DNA of 61,892 bases, filler included. It is 14 parts of 14 records of this genome, joined end to end, with 100 filler letters (N's around TTAATTAATTAA, not from the genome) between each part and the next. Parts side by side here need not be neighbours in the genome. Positions count along the whole stretch, not along the records: positions 24,644 to 29,740 come from SRR15195285_3463; positions 29,841 to 34,840 come from SRR15195285_3469; positions 34,941 to 39,265 come from SRR15195285_3479; 11 more parts are not named here. The stretch is one strand, 5' to 3'. Under the pieces are notes generated by a model that made no database searches, was not told the DNA's origin, and saw only the letters and a list, made by a program, of their open reading frames with translations. Shown in pieces: positions 24,717-38,200 of the stretch. How positions within the stretch are numbered: the stretch's first letter is position 1; every line of letters begins with the position of its first letter. A program made the position numbers and the translations under genes.

Positions 24717-27056
24717 ATGTCGGCTGCCCCTGCTGGGCTGACGGGGGCGGAGCGCATCGCCCACACGCAGGCGGTGCTCGAGAAGGTGCGGACGGAGCGG
24801 GCGAGGCGGAGCAGCAGCCGAGGCGGCGTTGCGGCGACGCGCACTGCGGTGAATAGCACTGCTGCTGCTGCTGCTGAGAGTGCGGCGGCGGCTGCAGGAG
24901 GAGGAGGAAGAGGTGCTTCGTCACTCACTGTTCTTGTCTGTCTGTCTATCTGTCTGTCTCTCTTTCGCTCGCTGTGTGTGTGTGTGGCACGCACTGGCTG
25001 TCTCGCTCAGTCTGTGGGAGTCTTTTCCTGTCTTCTTCCTGTCCGTGTGGGTCTGTCTGTCACTCACTCACTCACTCACTCTCTGTGGGTCTACCCGCTA
25101 CAGCGCCGACAGGAGCACGCTCCTCCTATTTAGGCGCTGCGGGGGCGCCTCCGCCGGCGACGCCTCCACCGATGGGCGGCGGAGAGGGCCGGCCGTCGTA
25201 TCAGCAGCATCATGGTGGTGGAGGGTCGTTCTATGCGGGTGGTGCTAGTCCAGCAGTTGCGCCGGAACAGCGCGGGCCGTTCTCGAGTTGGTACGCGACG
25301 CACGGCGCAGCGGCAGCGCCTCGGACGGGGAGTGCTGCAGCACCGCCCGCGACGAGTTCGATGTCAGCTGCGGCGGAGCAAGCCCGTCATGATGCGAGCT
25401 GGGCTGCCGTACAGGAGCAGCAGCTTGCGGCGCAGCGACTGCAGCCGCTGCCACCGGCCCAGCCTACGAGTCAGTGGCAGTCCCAGCCGACGATGGGTGC
25501 GCAGACGTATGCAGCTCCACACGCAGCACCAGCACCCCCGGCTGCAACTTCCTCAGTGGCAGAGGAACGCGCACATCTGCAGCAGCTGCTCGGGCGGCTC
25601 GGCGGTGGCACTGGGCAGGACCTCACGCCTGCGCCAACGCCGCAGCAACCGCCGCAGCAACCGCAGCAATTCGAGCCGTACGCTGCAGAGGAGGCCGTTC
25701 CGTCAGCCTCGCAGATCGCGAAACAGTTTGGGGAGGCAGTAGCGGCGGCAGCTCGGCCGGCTGCCGAGGCTATCCACTCGCACCAGCCTCTGACGCGCGA
25801 CAACCTAAAGCAGCTGTACGATGCCGAGGTCGAGCGTCAGCTACACGCGATTGGAGGCGATGAGGAGCCACGCATGCGAAAGGCACACGAGCTTCTGAAG
25901 AGGACTGGCTCAGTGTTCGACGCGCAAAAGGCGGTGGGCGTGTGGGGGAACGTGGCGGCTCAACCGGACCTTAGTAAGAACGATGGTGCGAGCGGATGCA
26001 TGTTCTCACCCATGAGCTCGTGTTGTCGATTCACACGTGCTAGCCAGACTGACCTGCAATGTCCGTCCTAGTTAAACGAGTCGGCGTGTGCATGCATGTA
26101 TGCAGTGGTTGCGATCGTGGAGCTATTAGAGGAGCAGCTCGCTGAGAGAGAACAAAGGGAGCGCGCTTTGGAAACGGCGCTGCAGAAAGCAAAAGCGCAG
26201 CCAGCTCCTGAACCGGCACCGGCGCCTGCGCCGCCCCCAGCGCCTGCGCCCGCGCCGCCTCCACCTGTGGAAGCTGAGGAGGTATATGACGTCCCGATTC
26301 ATCCAGCAGCTTCGAGCGAGTCACTTGGTCGGCACCTACGCAACTTCTGTGAGAATGGAGGCCATCTGGTGTCGAGGCACGGTCTGAGCGAAGCGGTGCG
26401 GTCGCTACCGGACACCGACCGTGCAAAGCGCATGGAGGACAAGGTGCTACGGATGTTCGACGGTTTGCACAATGAGGGGCCCTTCGGCGACGATCCAGAC
26501 CGAAAGCTTGTGGCAGCAGATGGCCAATCACAGCTGACAAAGCTCATCGTGTTGATCGCACACGGCGAACGCAAGGAGCAGATAAACTTTGCACTCTCTG
26601 CAATGAACCGGAAGGGGCTGCCTCCTGCCGTAACTTCCGCTCTCGCGGAAGAAACGCTTTCTTTTGCAGGTGCGTACCTGGGCAGCCGAATTCATCCTAT
26701 CCATTGCTGACTGGCGAAATGCTGCCATCGTGTCTTCTCACTCTGTTGCTCTTGGCCTCGTGTTTCGGGTTCGTGCCGCTCGCTTGCCAACAGCGCAAGT
26801 ATTCGGTGATAACCCGGATGATCCAAGCGGCCGTGGCAACATCGACGCTGCTGTCAAGCGTTGCTATTCGGGAGTTGGGCAGATCAGCCTCACCGAGTTC
26901 AGGAGGTTTTGTTACGATGATGAGTTCGTGCGTCTACATTGCTTCGGCGACACTGAAGTGGTGGATGCGACGGCCCACCTGCGGAACGCTGCCTTCGCGG
27001 CGGGTGGCAACAAGTGGGGAGGTATCGCCATGGCGGCGCAACACCAGCGCCACTAA
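24717..27056 (+). CDS. Uncharacterised multi-exon protein, Pro/Gln/Ala-rich with a degenerate EF-hand-like C-terminus
   Basis: ORFs 24711, 24974, 26096 and 26664 are linkable by GTGC...CAG introns. Coiled segment EEQLAEREQRERALE; C-terminal GQISLTEFRRF. Confidence 0.55.
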
Positions 27057-27341
27057 AGCGCAATCGCACAGGCAACGTAGGATTGAAATGTAGAGCGAAG
27101 AGGCGGGCTTGCTTCCTGGTGAGAACGATGCGGGTTTATCACCAGGGACCAGTGTCTACTCGAGGCGCCGATCTCCTGCCGGTACTGTATCTGCGCTGTC
27201 TGGCTCGTTTCGAATCGATGTTGTTGGTCCCTTCCAACCCTGACCACTGCTTCCACTCCACCTCAACTCACGTACACACCCCGTCTATCCGTCCAACGTC
27301 CGCCTTCGCACTCGGCAACCACCACTGGGGAATCGTCAGGG

Positions 27342-29497
27342 TCAGCCCAGGCCGGAGGCGCTCGGCCCCGTCCGCGGGGGTGGCATCGCGTTCAGAATAC
27401 GGCCCTGTGCACAACCAACCACCAGCGCACACGCGTGACGCGGTGAGCTGAGCGACACGAATGTTCACGCGAATAGGCGATCTCATGGGCACGCAGCAGA
27501 GGCTAGGGTCGAGACGACGGGCAGCTGGATGGGCGCGTACGTAGACTGGCTTGTGGCTGAGTGCCTTGATGATGTCAGACTCTTTGATCGATAGAGTGAC
27601 CAGTCGACTGTCTCCACCGCCACCACCGCCGCCACCTGATGGACGCTTCGCCTGCCACAGTCAGATCACTCGCCTTGTTAGCCAGACGCTACATCAACTA
27701 GAGTCGACCGCTAGGAAAGATCAGCGGGCTCAGCAGCAGAATTCAGCAAGGGACCGGATGACATAGGCACTGTACTGTGCGCTACCATGCTTGCAGATGA
27801 TATCAAGCGCAACGCACCGGCCGGGCAGCGAGCGGGTTGCGGGTCTTGCCCTTGCCCTTCCCACCTCCTCTCGCTCCGCCCACAGATTTGGACAAGCTCA
27901 CCACACGCTCCGCCTCGAGCGCGTTCTCACAGAGCGACAGGAACTCCGACTTGTCGCAGTGAAACTGGTGAAGTTTCCACTCGCGGATCAGCGAAGTGAA
28001 GGACCCGTAGAGGTCGGAGAGCGTGACGCGCTCGCCGGCACGCTCGGAGCGCAGTAGCGAGACGAACGCCAGGACAGCCAGCTGCTGAATCTGCGTGAGC
28101 TTCTGGAGAATCTTTACCGTTTGTCCACCGAAGAGATCTGTCGAGGCCTCCATCACGTGATGGATCTCTACTAGCGTCTTCCCATTTGACGGTGCGGCTG
28201 CCCCTTCTGTCCGGCGTTCGCGCACGGCAATCGTAGCCGCACGGTTGGCCAGCGCCAGGAGCTTGCGCACGTCTCCGCTGACTGCCGCGACCTTGCGCGA
28301 GCACAATTCAATGGCCATCGGGTCGAGCTCAACTTTATCGAGGCCGACCTTCCACATGTTTTCCCCGTGAACTGTTGCTGCCGACTCGCTAGCCTCCGCA
28401 CTTTCCTCGCACGCGGCAGCAGCGCTGCTTTCGGCTACTTTGTCCATTCTCCACTCCAAGATTCGCTTGAGATCTTCCTGCACGTACGTGTGGAAGTGGA
28501 GCCGTTCTGGCACGATGTTCTTCTGCTTCAGGTACGGCAGTGTGCGCTCGGTCAGATCGATCGAGTTGGCGATCCCAATCACGGCGAGACGGCTGCCGGC
28601 AAGGTGCGGCCACTCGAACAGTTTGTACAGCACGGACGTGCTGGAACCGGAGAGGAGCCCGTCGATCTCGTCGATGAAGAGGAAGGTTGTATGTACCTCT
28701 TCCGTCCAACTTTGCTTGAGCCTCCGCTCGAGCATCCCACGCACCTGCGCGCGCGGTGGGTCACCGGCCTTCGGGTAGATACTCTTGTACACCATGTGAA
28801 AAATGTGCTCCGGATCGTTTAGCTGCATCGCGTTCACCGTCACGATCCTTGAGGTCTTGCCGACGCTGAACTGCCAGCGCTTGAGGATCCGCTGCATGGT
28901 GTGCATCGTGAGGGTCTTCCCGACGCCCGGCGCGCCAGAGATGTACATGCTGCCTCCCTTCGCACCCTGAACACATTTCTTGCAGAAGTTCAGCATCTGC
29001 TCCAGCTGCTTCTCTCGGCCAACCACTCCGATCTCTTCGCCCTTTCTCGCGGCGCGGACATGATCGGTGGGGTTGAGGCCCGTTGCCGCCATCGCGTCGA
29101 TGTGCAGCGAGGGCGGCGGCGCGGGCTTCTTCCGGGGCGGGGCCTGCTCGCGAGCCAGCTGTGCGCGCTCTAACTTGCGCTTGCGATTGAGCGACTGCGC
29201 CGCAGTCTCGGCCAGCGGTGGCGCCGCGACGCCCGCCCTCGCCGAGTTCCGGCCACGCCTGCGGCTCGGCGCCGCTGCCGTGGCTTCCGCGCCGGCGGCC
29301 TCCGTCTCGCGCAGCGGGAAGACCTGCTCCGCCGTCCGCTCGCGGCAGCGATCGTCGCCGTCGTCCCAGTCCACCGTGTAGCTCCCCTCAGCCCGCACCG
29401 CGGCGATGGTCGCGGGGTAGGCCTGTCCGTCGGCGTACAGCGCGCGCACGCGATCCCCCACGCTGTGGCACGGAAGCGCCGAGACCGCCTTCACCAT
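27342..29497 (-). CDS. CDC6: Cell division control protein 6 (AAA+ ATPase, winged helix) with an N-terminal Tudor-like domain
   Basis: Walker A SGAPGVGKT, Walker B FIDEID, LYKLFEWP, IGIANSIDLTER.LP, RKVAAVSGDVRK, winged-helix VTLSDLY...DKSEFLSL. Two small 3' exons are inferred. Confidence 0.88.
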
Positions 29498-30106
29498 CGC
29501 TGCCCGTTCCCCACCACACCCGCAGCCCCGCTCCCACACCACCTCCCCCGAAGCAGCCCCACGTGCACTACCACCCCACCCCGCCGCTCTGCCACACAAT
29601 GGTATGTGCAGCCCAAAAACAGCGCGGCCACTGGGGGCAGTCAATGGTATGACTCCCTCCTCTCTTCCTCTCTCCCCCTCCCTCTGCCTCCCTCTGTCTC
29701 TGTCGCTACCTCTCTCTCCCTCTCTCTCTGTCTCTCTCCCNNNNNNNNNNNNNNNNNNNNNNNNNNNNNNNNNNNNNNNNNNNNTTAATTAATTAANNNN
29801 NNNNNNNNNNNNNNNNNNNNNNNNNNNNNNNNNNNNNNNNCTCTGTCTTACGGCTCATGCCGTACTACATCGAGCGCGCGCAACGGCAAATCGACATAGC
29901 GATCATTATGACATGGTACTATATACGACTCTGAGTCTGCGGAGCGGGCGACTAGCAAAAGGGTGACAACGAAAGTGTCAACGGACAAGCGACACCTATA
30001 GGAGCACAAGTACGAATCGTATGGGGATAGACTGAGGATGAGGAAGTCCGGCATAGGAATGGCGAATACGAATACGAATTGTGTGGACGCGGGCTGATGA
30101 ATCTGC

Positions 30107-30139
30107 GTGTTGTGTTGTGTTGTGTTGTGTTGTGTTGTG
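30107..30139. repeat. (GTGTT)n microsatellite
   Basis: Read directly from the sequence. Confidence 0.9.
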
Positions 30140-30255
30140 GTTATGAGATACTTGCGGTTTGTGATCTACTGTATCTGATCGCTCTCTTTCTCTTTTCCTT
30201 TATTTGTCCTTAGCATTTGTGAAAACTTGTGAAGACATGAGAACTGGATTTAGCA

Positions 30256-33200
30256 CTAGAAGCCAAGCTTGCGACCATCTCTGTCATCCACGGATGATGG
30301 CGGTTGCTCAGACGGGAGCTGCTGAAGAGGTGGCAAGCTAACCCTGTTGGAGAAGCGCTGTGGTTCTTCGCCCTCGAGGAGAGTGAGGAAAGCGGCCAGC
30401 GGGTCTTCCTCTTGTGCAACCTCTCCGTGCGTGGCTGCCTCCATTTTGTGTGCAACTTCAGCACGTCTGGATTCTCGCCTTTCGAGAAGCCGCGCGCTCA
30501 CTTTCTTCTGAGCTGCCTCAGCCTTTGTGCTGACCTCCTCAAGGTGTTGTTCTGCCTCCGATCTACTTGTCGCACGAAGCGCATCGATGCGCGTGCGCAC
30601 GCTAGGTCTAGCGTCTACAGCAATGCGATGGTCTGCCACCCATCCGTCGAAGTTCGCCGTGTCTTTCTGTGCTCTCCGAGCAAACGATCCAGAATCTAGG
30701 CCTGCACGCATTCGTTTCGCCGCCACTTTCGCGGAGTAAATTGCATTTACACTTGCTCTGCGAACCCTGTGCTTTGTCTTTAGTCTAGATTCGTCGTCCT
30801 TGTGCGCATCCATTACAATGACGGAGGCGCGACGTGCTCGATGTTGCTGTGCTTTGCGTTTGAGCTTGCCTCCCGAAGCACCAACCTGATGAAATGCCGC
30901 CATGTTTGCAACCATTTGTGCTTGCGTGGTGCCATGGACGGTCGCGTCAGATCCCCACATTCCTCCATCCTCAGTGGCCTCGGCTGCTGCGTCCACCACA
31001 TTGTTCATGCCATCAATCAATGCTCCCAAGTCATCGGCCAGATCGGCAGCATCTTCGAGCTGCCCGTCAAGATGGTCAGCAGCTGTATTCACTGCCGCAT
31101 CCTCCGCTGCGTCACCGCAGAGGAGAGTGAAGATGGGCTCCAGAAGCGTACCGCAACACAGCGCTTTCGCAGGATCCATAACCATCAATTTCCAGAACAA
31201 GCCCCATGCAGACACCTCAAGCCAAGCCTGGGTTTTTTCCTCGCTCCATGTGACCGACACTGCAGCCACCAATGCACAGGAGGCCAGTCCCACGATGCAA
31301 GAATAAATCCAAGGAATCACCGATTTTCGACCTTTCACTGGACGAACGAGCGTGGGGCCAATCTCAAGATACCATAGAGCTAGAGCCGTTTCGAGCTCAT
31401 GGGAATTCAAGCGACCTGTGCCATCAACATCTGCAGAGCGAATGACCCAATGCACTTCGTCGGCTGTCACAAAGATGTCTTCGTTGATCTCCGTCATGAC
31501 ATTCTGTAGCTTCCGAGCGTCTAAGAGTGTTGAATGATCGTATTCGTGTTTAGCAAACGCGCGATCTATTGCATCCTTGCGCATTGCTATGCATTGCCAC
31601 GCCGCGACAGCACGAGGGACCAGGTCTTGTCGAATCAGGTCGTCAGTTTTGTCGGCATGGTGATCCATAACTCCGAGCACGAACACAACGTCTGACTCAC
31701 TGACCTGCTGACCGGAACCTGCCATTGTCTGCATGATCTGTCTCAGCTCAGGTCGTGATAGTTCCGCAAACTGTGCAGTGATGCGAGCCACTTTGACCTC
31801 GTAGGTAGCAAGCTGTGCTGCAACAGCCTTACGAACTTGACCCGACTTAGTTGCCACAAAGGTCCTCAATTTCTCGTCGCGTCGGTTGTATATGTGTGGG
31901 TACCACATCGCAATGGTGGACAGGACTTTTGCACGGTTGAAATGGTCCCGGTGGCAGAGGCCGGTTTGCCGAATGAACCAGCGCGTTTCGGATTCAGTCG
32001 GAGCTATGCCACCGTTAAGTTGCCGAAGCATCTCCCTGACTGTTACAAATACAACGGCCGTTGCGGCTTCCTCAGACTCACAGGTTCGCGCAAATGCCGT
32101 TATGCAACGAAGAAGTTCGTCTGTTTGTGTGCATTCCAACCGCAGCGTCTGCGGTGTCGCAGCAACCAGCACAGCAAGACTGTGTGCCTGTTTGTCGGTT
32201 GTGCCGTGGACGCGCTGGGCATTAAGTTCGGAACTGACAGTCTCACTGTACCAGTAGAGCAAATCATCGTACACAAGAAAAATTGGTTGCTGAGATCGAG
32301 ACCCCTCAAGGTCTTCAATCGAGATGCCGTATTGATCGACATTGATATTGACGGACTGATCACCTCGGCGCGCCTCAAAGCAACCTTCTTGGACGCTGGT
32401 TGGAGATGAGATCTCATTTAGCGTCCGATTTACAACAGGAATGACGAACTCTTGCTCATGCGCACGGTATCGCCATTTCTCGATCGCGACTTTCAGAGAC
32501 GATTGTGTGCACTGATCTAGAACAAACTCAACCTGCTGTTGGTCAACGCGATTTTGAATCCCTGCCAAATCGATCATGAGAGCGTGTACTTCCTCACGTG
32601 TTGGCTTCTCAACGCTGCTGAGTTGTTCAGCTGCTGAGCCACACTGCTGCATTTGAAACACCATAAATACTCTTCGCTTGGCTGGGGTGGCACGCTGCCT
32701 TGGCATTAAGACCTCGACTTTTGGAATTGTTCCAAAGGAAGCTGTACTCGGCAGATGGTAATCATCAGGTTGCTTGCATTCGGTACTGTATCTCGACGAA
32801 TGGATTGGTGTTGTGCGAGTACACCTGAAGGTTACAAGCAAACACTGCAGCTGTACACACATGCATTTATGCAGCAGCGACAACTGCAAGATGGGCCAAC
32901 AGCAGCACCGCATCAAGCAACCACGCTGTTCTTCTATGTCGCTCTCTCGCCGTTCACCCGTTTCCTCCATCAGCACGTCAAGTTGCTCACCAGATTTTAG
33001 TAGCAGATCTGTTTTCAACGGGCGACGCAACCAGCCAAAACCAAAGTTGAGGAAACCAACCACTGGAATGGCAACCGCGCACGTTAACAGAGATGCCAGT
33101 AAACCGTTCGGTAGGTCCTCTTCGGGGCACACTATTGTGCAGTTCCCACCGACCACACACGTCTCAGTGCATGGCGGTGCATCGCCCGCGAAAAATAGCA

Positions 33201-34840
33201 CACCTAACGCCAATGAGACCAACGTTTGGAGCATGAGTAGAAACACTTTTTGCGAGTGGAGAAAAGGATCGCCAGCGAGTGGGCACCATATTGACCCCCA
33301 GAGCCACGAAATTTGCAGTCGAGTTGGCAACCGACTCAGCCAAGAGATGCTGTCGTCGTCAGCATATTGAACTTGAGTGACGTACGATGCGACGTTCCTA
33401 TCGTAATTGCTTCGCTGCTCATTGCTTACATCTGTAGTTTTTGAATAATTTCGGTAGTCACGAGCGCTGTGGATGCAGGAAAAACACGTCGTCGCAAGCA
33501 GTGCAACCACAACCCAGAATCCTGTAGGGTTGAGCGTGTACAGATCAAAGATCCGATCCCATCGCATCTCATTAAACGAAACCGGTGGGCCCAAAAAAGC
33601 GCCGAAGTCAGTAAAATGGGTGGTCAAACAGACGATTTGGTCGAATCCAGCTTCGCTCCGTTCGATGCGCCCCATACCATCATGCGTCCACGCTCTGGAA
33701 TCCACGTCCCAGTATGAACAAAATGCAGCGCTTTCATTGAGTGTCATGTTGGCTGTAGGTGACACAGACATTGCGATACGTGCTGGTGTAGGCATCCCAT
33801 GTACGGGCAACTTAGTGCCATCAGGACCATACAGAGAGACAGTCAGGACAGATGAAGACAGTGAAACACCAGAAGCACCATTAATTCCTCCGAGACCTTC
33901 ATCGGCCCAAAAGTACGGCCCTTTGCCTGCCCAATCAACTACTTGCGTAGTAATTGGAGCGTTTTCTCTTCCTAATTGTAGAAATTCTTGTGGAAGGCTA
34001 ATACCTGCATTTTCAGTCGATATGTTTGCTGAGCCAGTGGACGATGCATCTAGTGTCCGAACATCCATTGTAAACGCCTCTGTGACAAACGTCACGGGTG
34101 GTTCGGAAGGTAGTCGACCTGCGGAGGCTGTTGTCGCTACCTGCTCCAAGATATTCGTGAGTTTCTGTGTCTGCACGGCAGCTTGTGCCCTCTCGTCGTG
34201 CAGCTCACTGTCGGTTGCGTTGTCGTCTGGGAATTGCTCGTCCTCAGCATTATCTGACGCATACAGAGCTGCGCTGCCTGTCATCAGCTGAGAAGCTGAT
34301 ACTGCGACGAGCAAAGCGTCACGAGGCTGGATAGACGTCGACAGCTGAAACAGTAGGTCTGTACCAGTGTCGACAGCGTTGGAACTCATCTGCTGTGGAT
34401 CATTTGATACCACCACCAACGCCCCTAGTGTGCTTGAAACGATGTCTGGGGTCAACTGGCCGCTGGCATTCGTTGAGTTCATAGTTGTCGCCAACGTATT
34501 CATAAGACGCTGTCTTGTTGCAATCGCTTGCCTTGTTGCTGCGGCTGTGGCAGCCGGTGTTGCATTGCCGACATCGATCGACTGATTCTGCGGTTTCAGA
34601 ATCTGGGAGAGCGATACAACAGCACTATGGACGGCATACGGGTCATCTTGATCAATCGTATTGAAAGCGTCATCAACCACAGAAGCAACAGAAATGCAGT
34701 CTGAAGCGTTACTACTGCCAACGGCATCGGTGTGTCGACCAGGCGCACAGTAAATGCAGTCATCGTAGTCGCTGCCTGACACGTCCAGATACTTCCCAGC
34801 AGCGCAAGCGATGCAGTCCGCTGCAGCATTGCTGCCGACA
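30256..34840 (-). CDS. PKD1-like GAIN/GPS membrane protein with Cys-rich repeats and cytoplasmic EF-hand repeats (5' partial)
   Basis: CxxCxxG(K/R) repeats; GPS motif CSYWDVDSRAW...CLTTHF/TDF followed by a TM helix; further TM clusters; EF loop DVDGTGRLNSHEL. Confidence 0.75.
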
Positions 34841-35228
34841 NNNNNNNNNNNNNNNNNNNNNNNNNNNNNNNNNNNNNNNNNNNNTTAATTAATTAANNNN
34901 NNNNNNNNNNNNNNNNNNNNNNNNNNNNNNNNNNNNNNNNGCACATCCGGCAAGCGTAGGTCGGATCGTTCGCGTTGCGTGCGATGCATGCTGGCCATAT
35001 GCACCGTGTATCGTGTATGGCCCTGCATGCATATTTTGGCATATATATCGATGCTCGCTGCTCCACGCGCACATGCTGCATGCTGGCGAGCCAGTAGTGA
35101 GTAGTCTGTGCTCGCGCGCTGCTGCTGCTGTCCGCGTCGTCGCGCCGCAGCGCGGGTGGTGCTACGCTCAGGGCGGTGCTTGTTTGGCGAAGAGCCACCG
35201 CCGTGGACGAGATCGATCTACCCCCGCG

Positions 35229-38200
35229 ATGGTGGTCGCGTGTGTTGGCGTGGTGCTGCTGACGCCGTTGCTGCTACTATTTATAGTAGTTCATGCAGCT
35301 GAGGAACGGATGGATCGGCAGGACGCCGTCGACTTGACACTCGACGGGGCCGCTGGCACTGTCAGGCCTGCACACAAGTTGATCCGTGAGTAGACATTGT
35401 TCAGCTCTCCAGGCCTGTGTATAGCGTCTCGTCGCTGCAGTCAATCCCCAGTCACTCCTCAACGAAGGGGCGGGTTTCCTGACATTTGCCCATACTATCT
35501 CATACACTGTGACTTGACGCCGCAGGGACCACGGGACGAATCAACTGGAACGACGGGCCAGCGCTGCGAAAGGCCTTGGTGCCTGTCGAAGGGGCAGAAC
35601 TGAGCTGGCAAGACACTCTTGGCTGGCCAAGCGACCCGCGTGCTGACCCATGCACACCTCCATCGTGGCGCGGAATCAGCTGCAGCGCGGCGGGGCGCGT
35701 GGAGGCGATCGACTTTCGCCAGCTCGCGTCCAGGGCGGAGCTACAGTACTCTCTCTTCGGACCAGCACTGCTGCAGCTGATCAATCTGCGAGAACTGCAC
35801 TTGCAGAATACCTTGCTCAGGGGGACGCTGCCGTCGGAATTTATGCGCTTGCAATCTATGGAGATCGTCCGCATCTCGACGACCCCGCTGTCCGGTACAC
35901 TTCCTGCAAACATGTCGATGCCGAAGCTTTCCTATTTCGATGCTCACGAGACACTTCTTCAGGGAGCCATTCCAGATTTTTCTGGCTGCACAAACCTTGA
36001 GTTCCTTGATCTCAGCTCGTGTGGCTTCAGATCTCCTCCCAACTCACTCCCGTCGTCGCTCGATCACTTGTACCTGAACTCAAACCCACTCAACACAACA
36101 ACGACACTGCTGAGCCGACTACTCGACCCTATAGACCTGCACAACTTAGAGGTCTCGTTCCTGAACGCGCCAGTACAGTTGGTGTATCCACCAAAAGCGC
36201 ACTACCGTTTAGGAGAGAACGGGAGTGGCACTCGCGTGATTCCACCACCACAGTGTCGGATAGACCAGGACAACTGCACGTTCCGCCTCGACCTGTATGA
36301 CGAAGACAACTGCCGGGTGCACGTTGGGGGTCTTCTATCTGACCTGACCCTTCGATATATGCAATCACCTACGGGGAACAGGTCGAGCCATAGCTCAGGG
36401 CAAGAGTTCAGCACTCCGTTTGTGGACATGCGCAACGGCTCGTTTGCGGCCAGCATCAACTCTTCGTGGGTGCAACACCAAGGACTTCAACTGTTTCACT
36501 TCTACCGCGGAACGCGTGAGTTTCTGCCACGCATGACCGAAGACAACGAGGCAGTTTCGGACAGTGCCACGCTGCGGACGATTCGATTTTTGCCAAGGAA
36601 TTGCGCTCATCACACGTTACCCAATAGCTCGACAGGTGCCAGATGCGACCAGTGCCGCCCTGGATTCATTCCCGACATTTACGCGGGCGGTTCGGAGCTG
36701 ACTTGCATCCGTCAGTGCAACGGCATCGACCAGTCGACTGTTGACGGAGCTGATTGTGAGTGTGTTGGTGAGGACTACGACACAAATGCAACCGGCATTG
36801 TTGTTTGCATGACTGCGGGGTGGTCACACCCATACGACGATGACGACTACAAGGCAGCAAAGCAGCTGCGAACACTAGATGGCAAATGCGCAGCGTGTCC
36901 TAAGCACTGTGCCACATGTTCAGGCGGGATCTTAACATTGCGGAAGGGATGGCGCCTCAATACCAGCTCCACCAATGATACGGCGCACTTGCTTCGCAGT
37001 GGAAGCCAAGGCAGACTGCAGGTTGCATTTCAATGCCCATTCGGTAGTGCCTGTCCGCAGCTGGAGCTCGGGGCAGGTCAGAATGCATTACCACGTGGCT
37101 GTTTGGCCAATCACGATGGAACTCTTTGTGCGACCTGCAAACGAGGCTACTCGCTGCAGCCGAGCGAGGGTTCGTGCTTGCCGTGTGAAGACAAGAGCCA
37201 CGACAAGGACAGGTTTTTTGGGTTGTCTGCAGTGGCATTCACCGTGCTAATTGTTTTGATTGTCATCTTGAGTTTGTGCTGGCTGTGGCACTTGAAAGCG
37301 TACCAGCGGATGCTGTTGATCTGCAAGGCAGAAATCGAAACGCTGGCGAAGATTGTGCTTGGACAGCTGCAAGTGCTGGTGCTTTTGCGCAGCGTACTGA
37401 ATCTGGTGTTTCCTCCGCAACAGCAACAAGCAATGAGTGTTGCAGCACTTTTTACGCTAGACCTTCGCAGAATGCTGCCGGCATTCGATTGTCTGGGGTG
37501 GAGCTGGTATATGAAATGGTCCCTGCTGACCCTGGGGCTACCTGCGGTCGGCTTCGTGTGTATTCTGGCGCGTTTTCTGTGGCACCTTCGCACTGATCGC
37601 GCACATGCAAGTGTGCGAGCAACCAAATGGGCCTTTCTACTGATCATGGTACTATATCCGCAGGTATCGCAGCGACTATTCATGGCCTTGCGGTGCCGCC
37701 AGTTGGGAAACGACTTCGCCGTCCTCGAAGCTGACTATACGATCATGTGCAGCGGCGACGCGCTGTATCAGCACGTGCGCGTGCTTGCACTGGTATTGAT
37801 TTTTGTGTGGCCGTTTGGGATCCCGGGCCTGATTGCGTGGGAGCTGCGGCAGCAGTGGCGTGCTTCGCAGGCGTTGTGGAATGAGCGGCACTCGATGACA
37901 AACGCAGCTCCTCAACATGAGCACGCAAATGTTCTGGAGTCAGGGAGTGGGCAGACGAAGGCCACAACTCTGCACGAGTTTCACTACGAGCGCATTCAGG
38001 TGACGTTCGATTTCTGCACCAGAGACTATCGGCCAGAAGTGTTCTGGTTCGAGCCGGTTGATATGGTGAGGAAACTAGGGCTGACTGGCCTTCTGCAGTT
38101 GGTGCGACGAGGCTCAGGAGAGCAGGTGATGGTGGGGTGCGTACTCTCTTTCATGGCATTCGGCCTGACGATGAAGCTGCAACCGTACCGTGAGCCTGAG

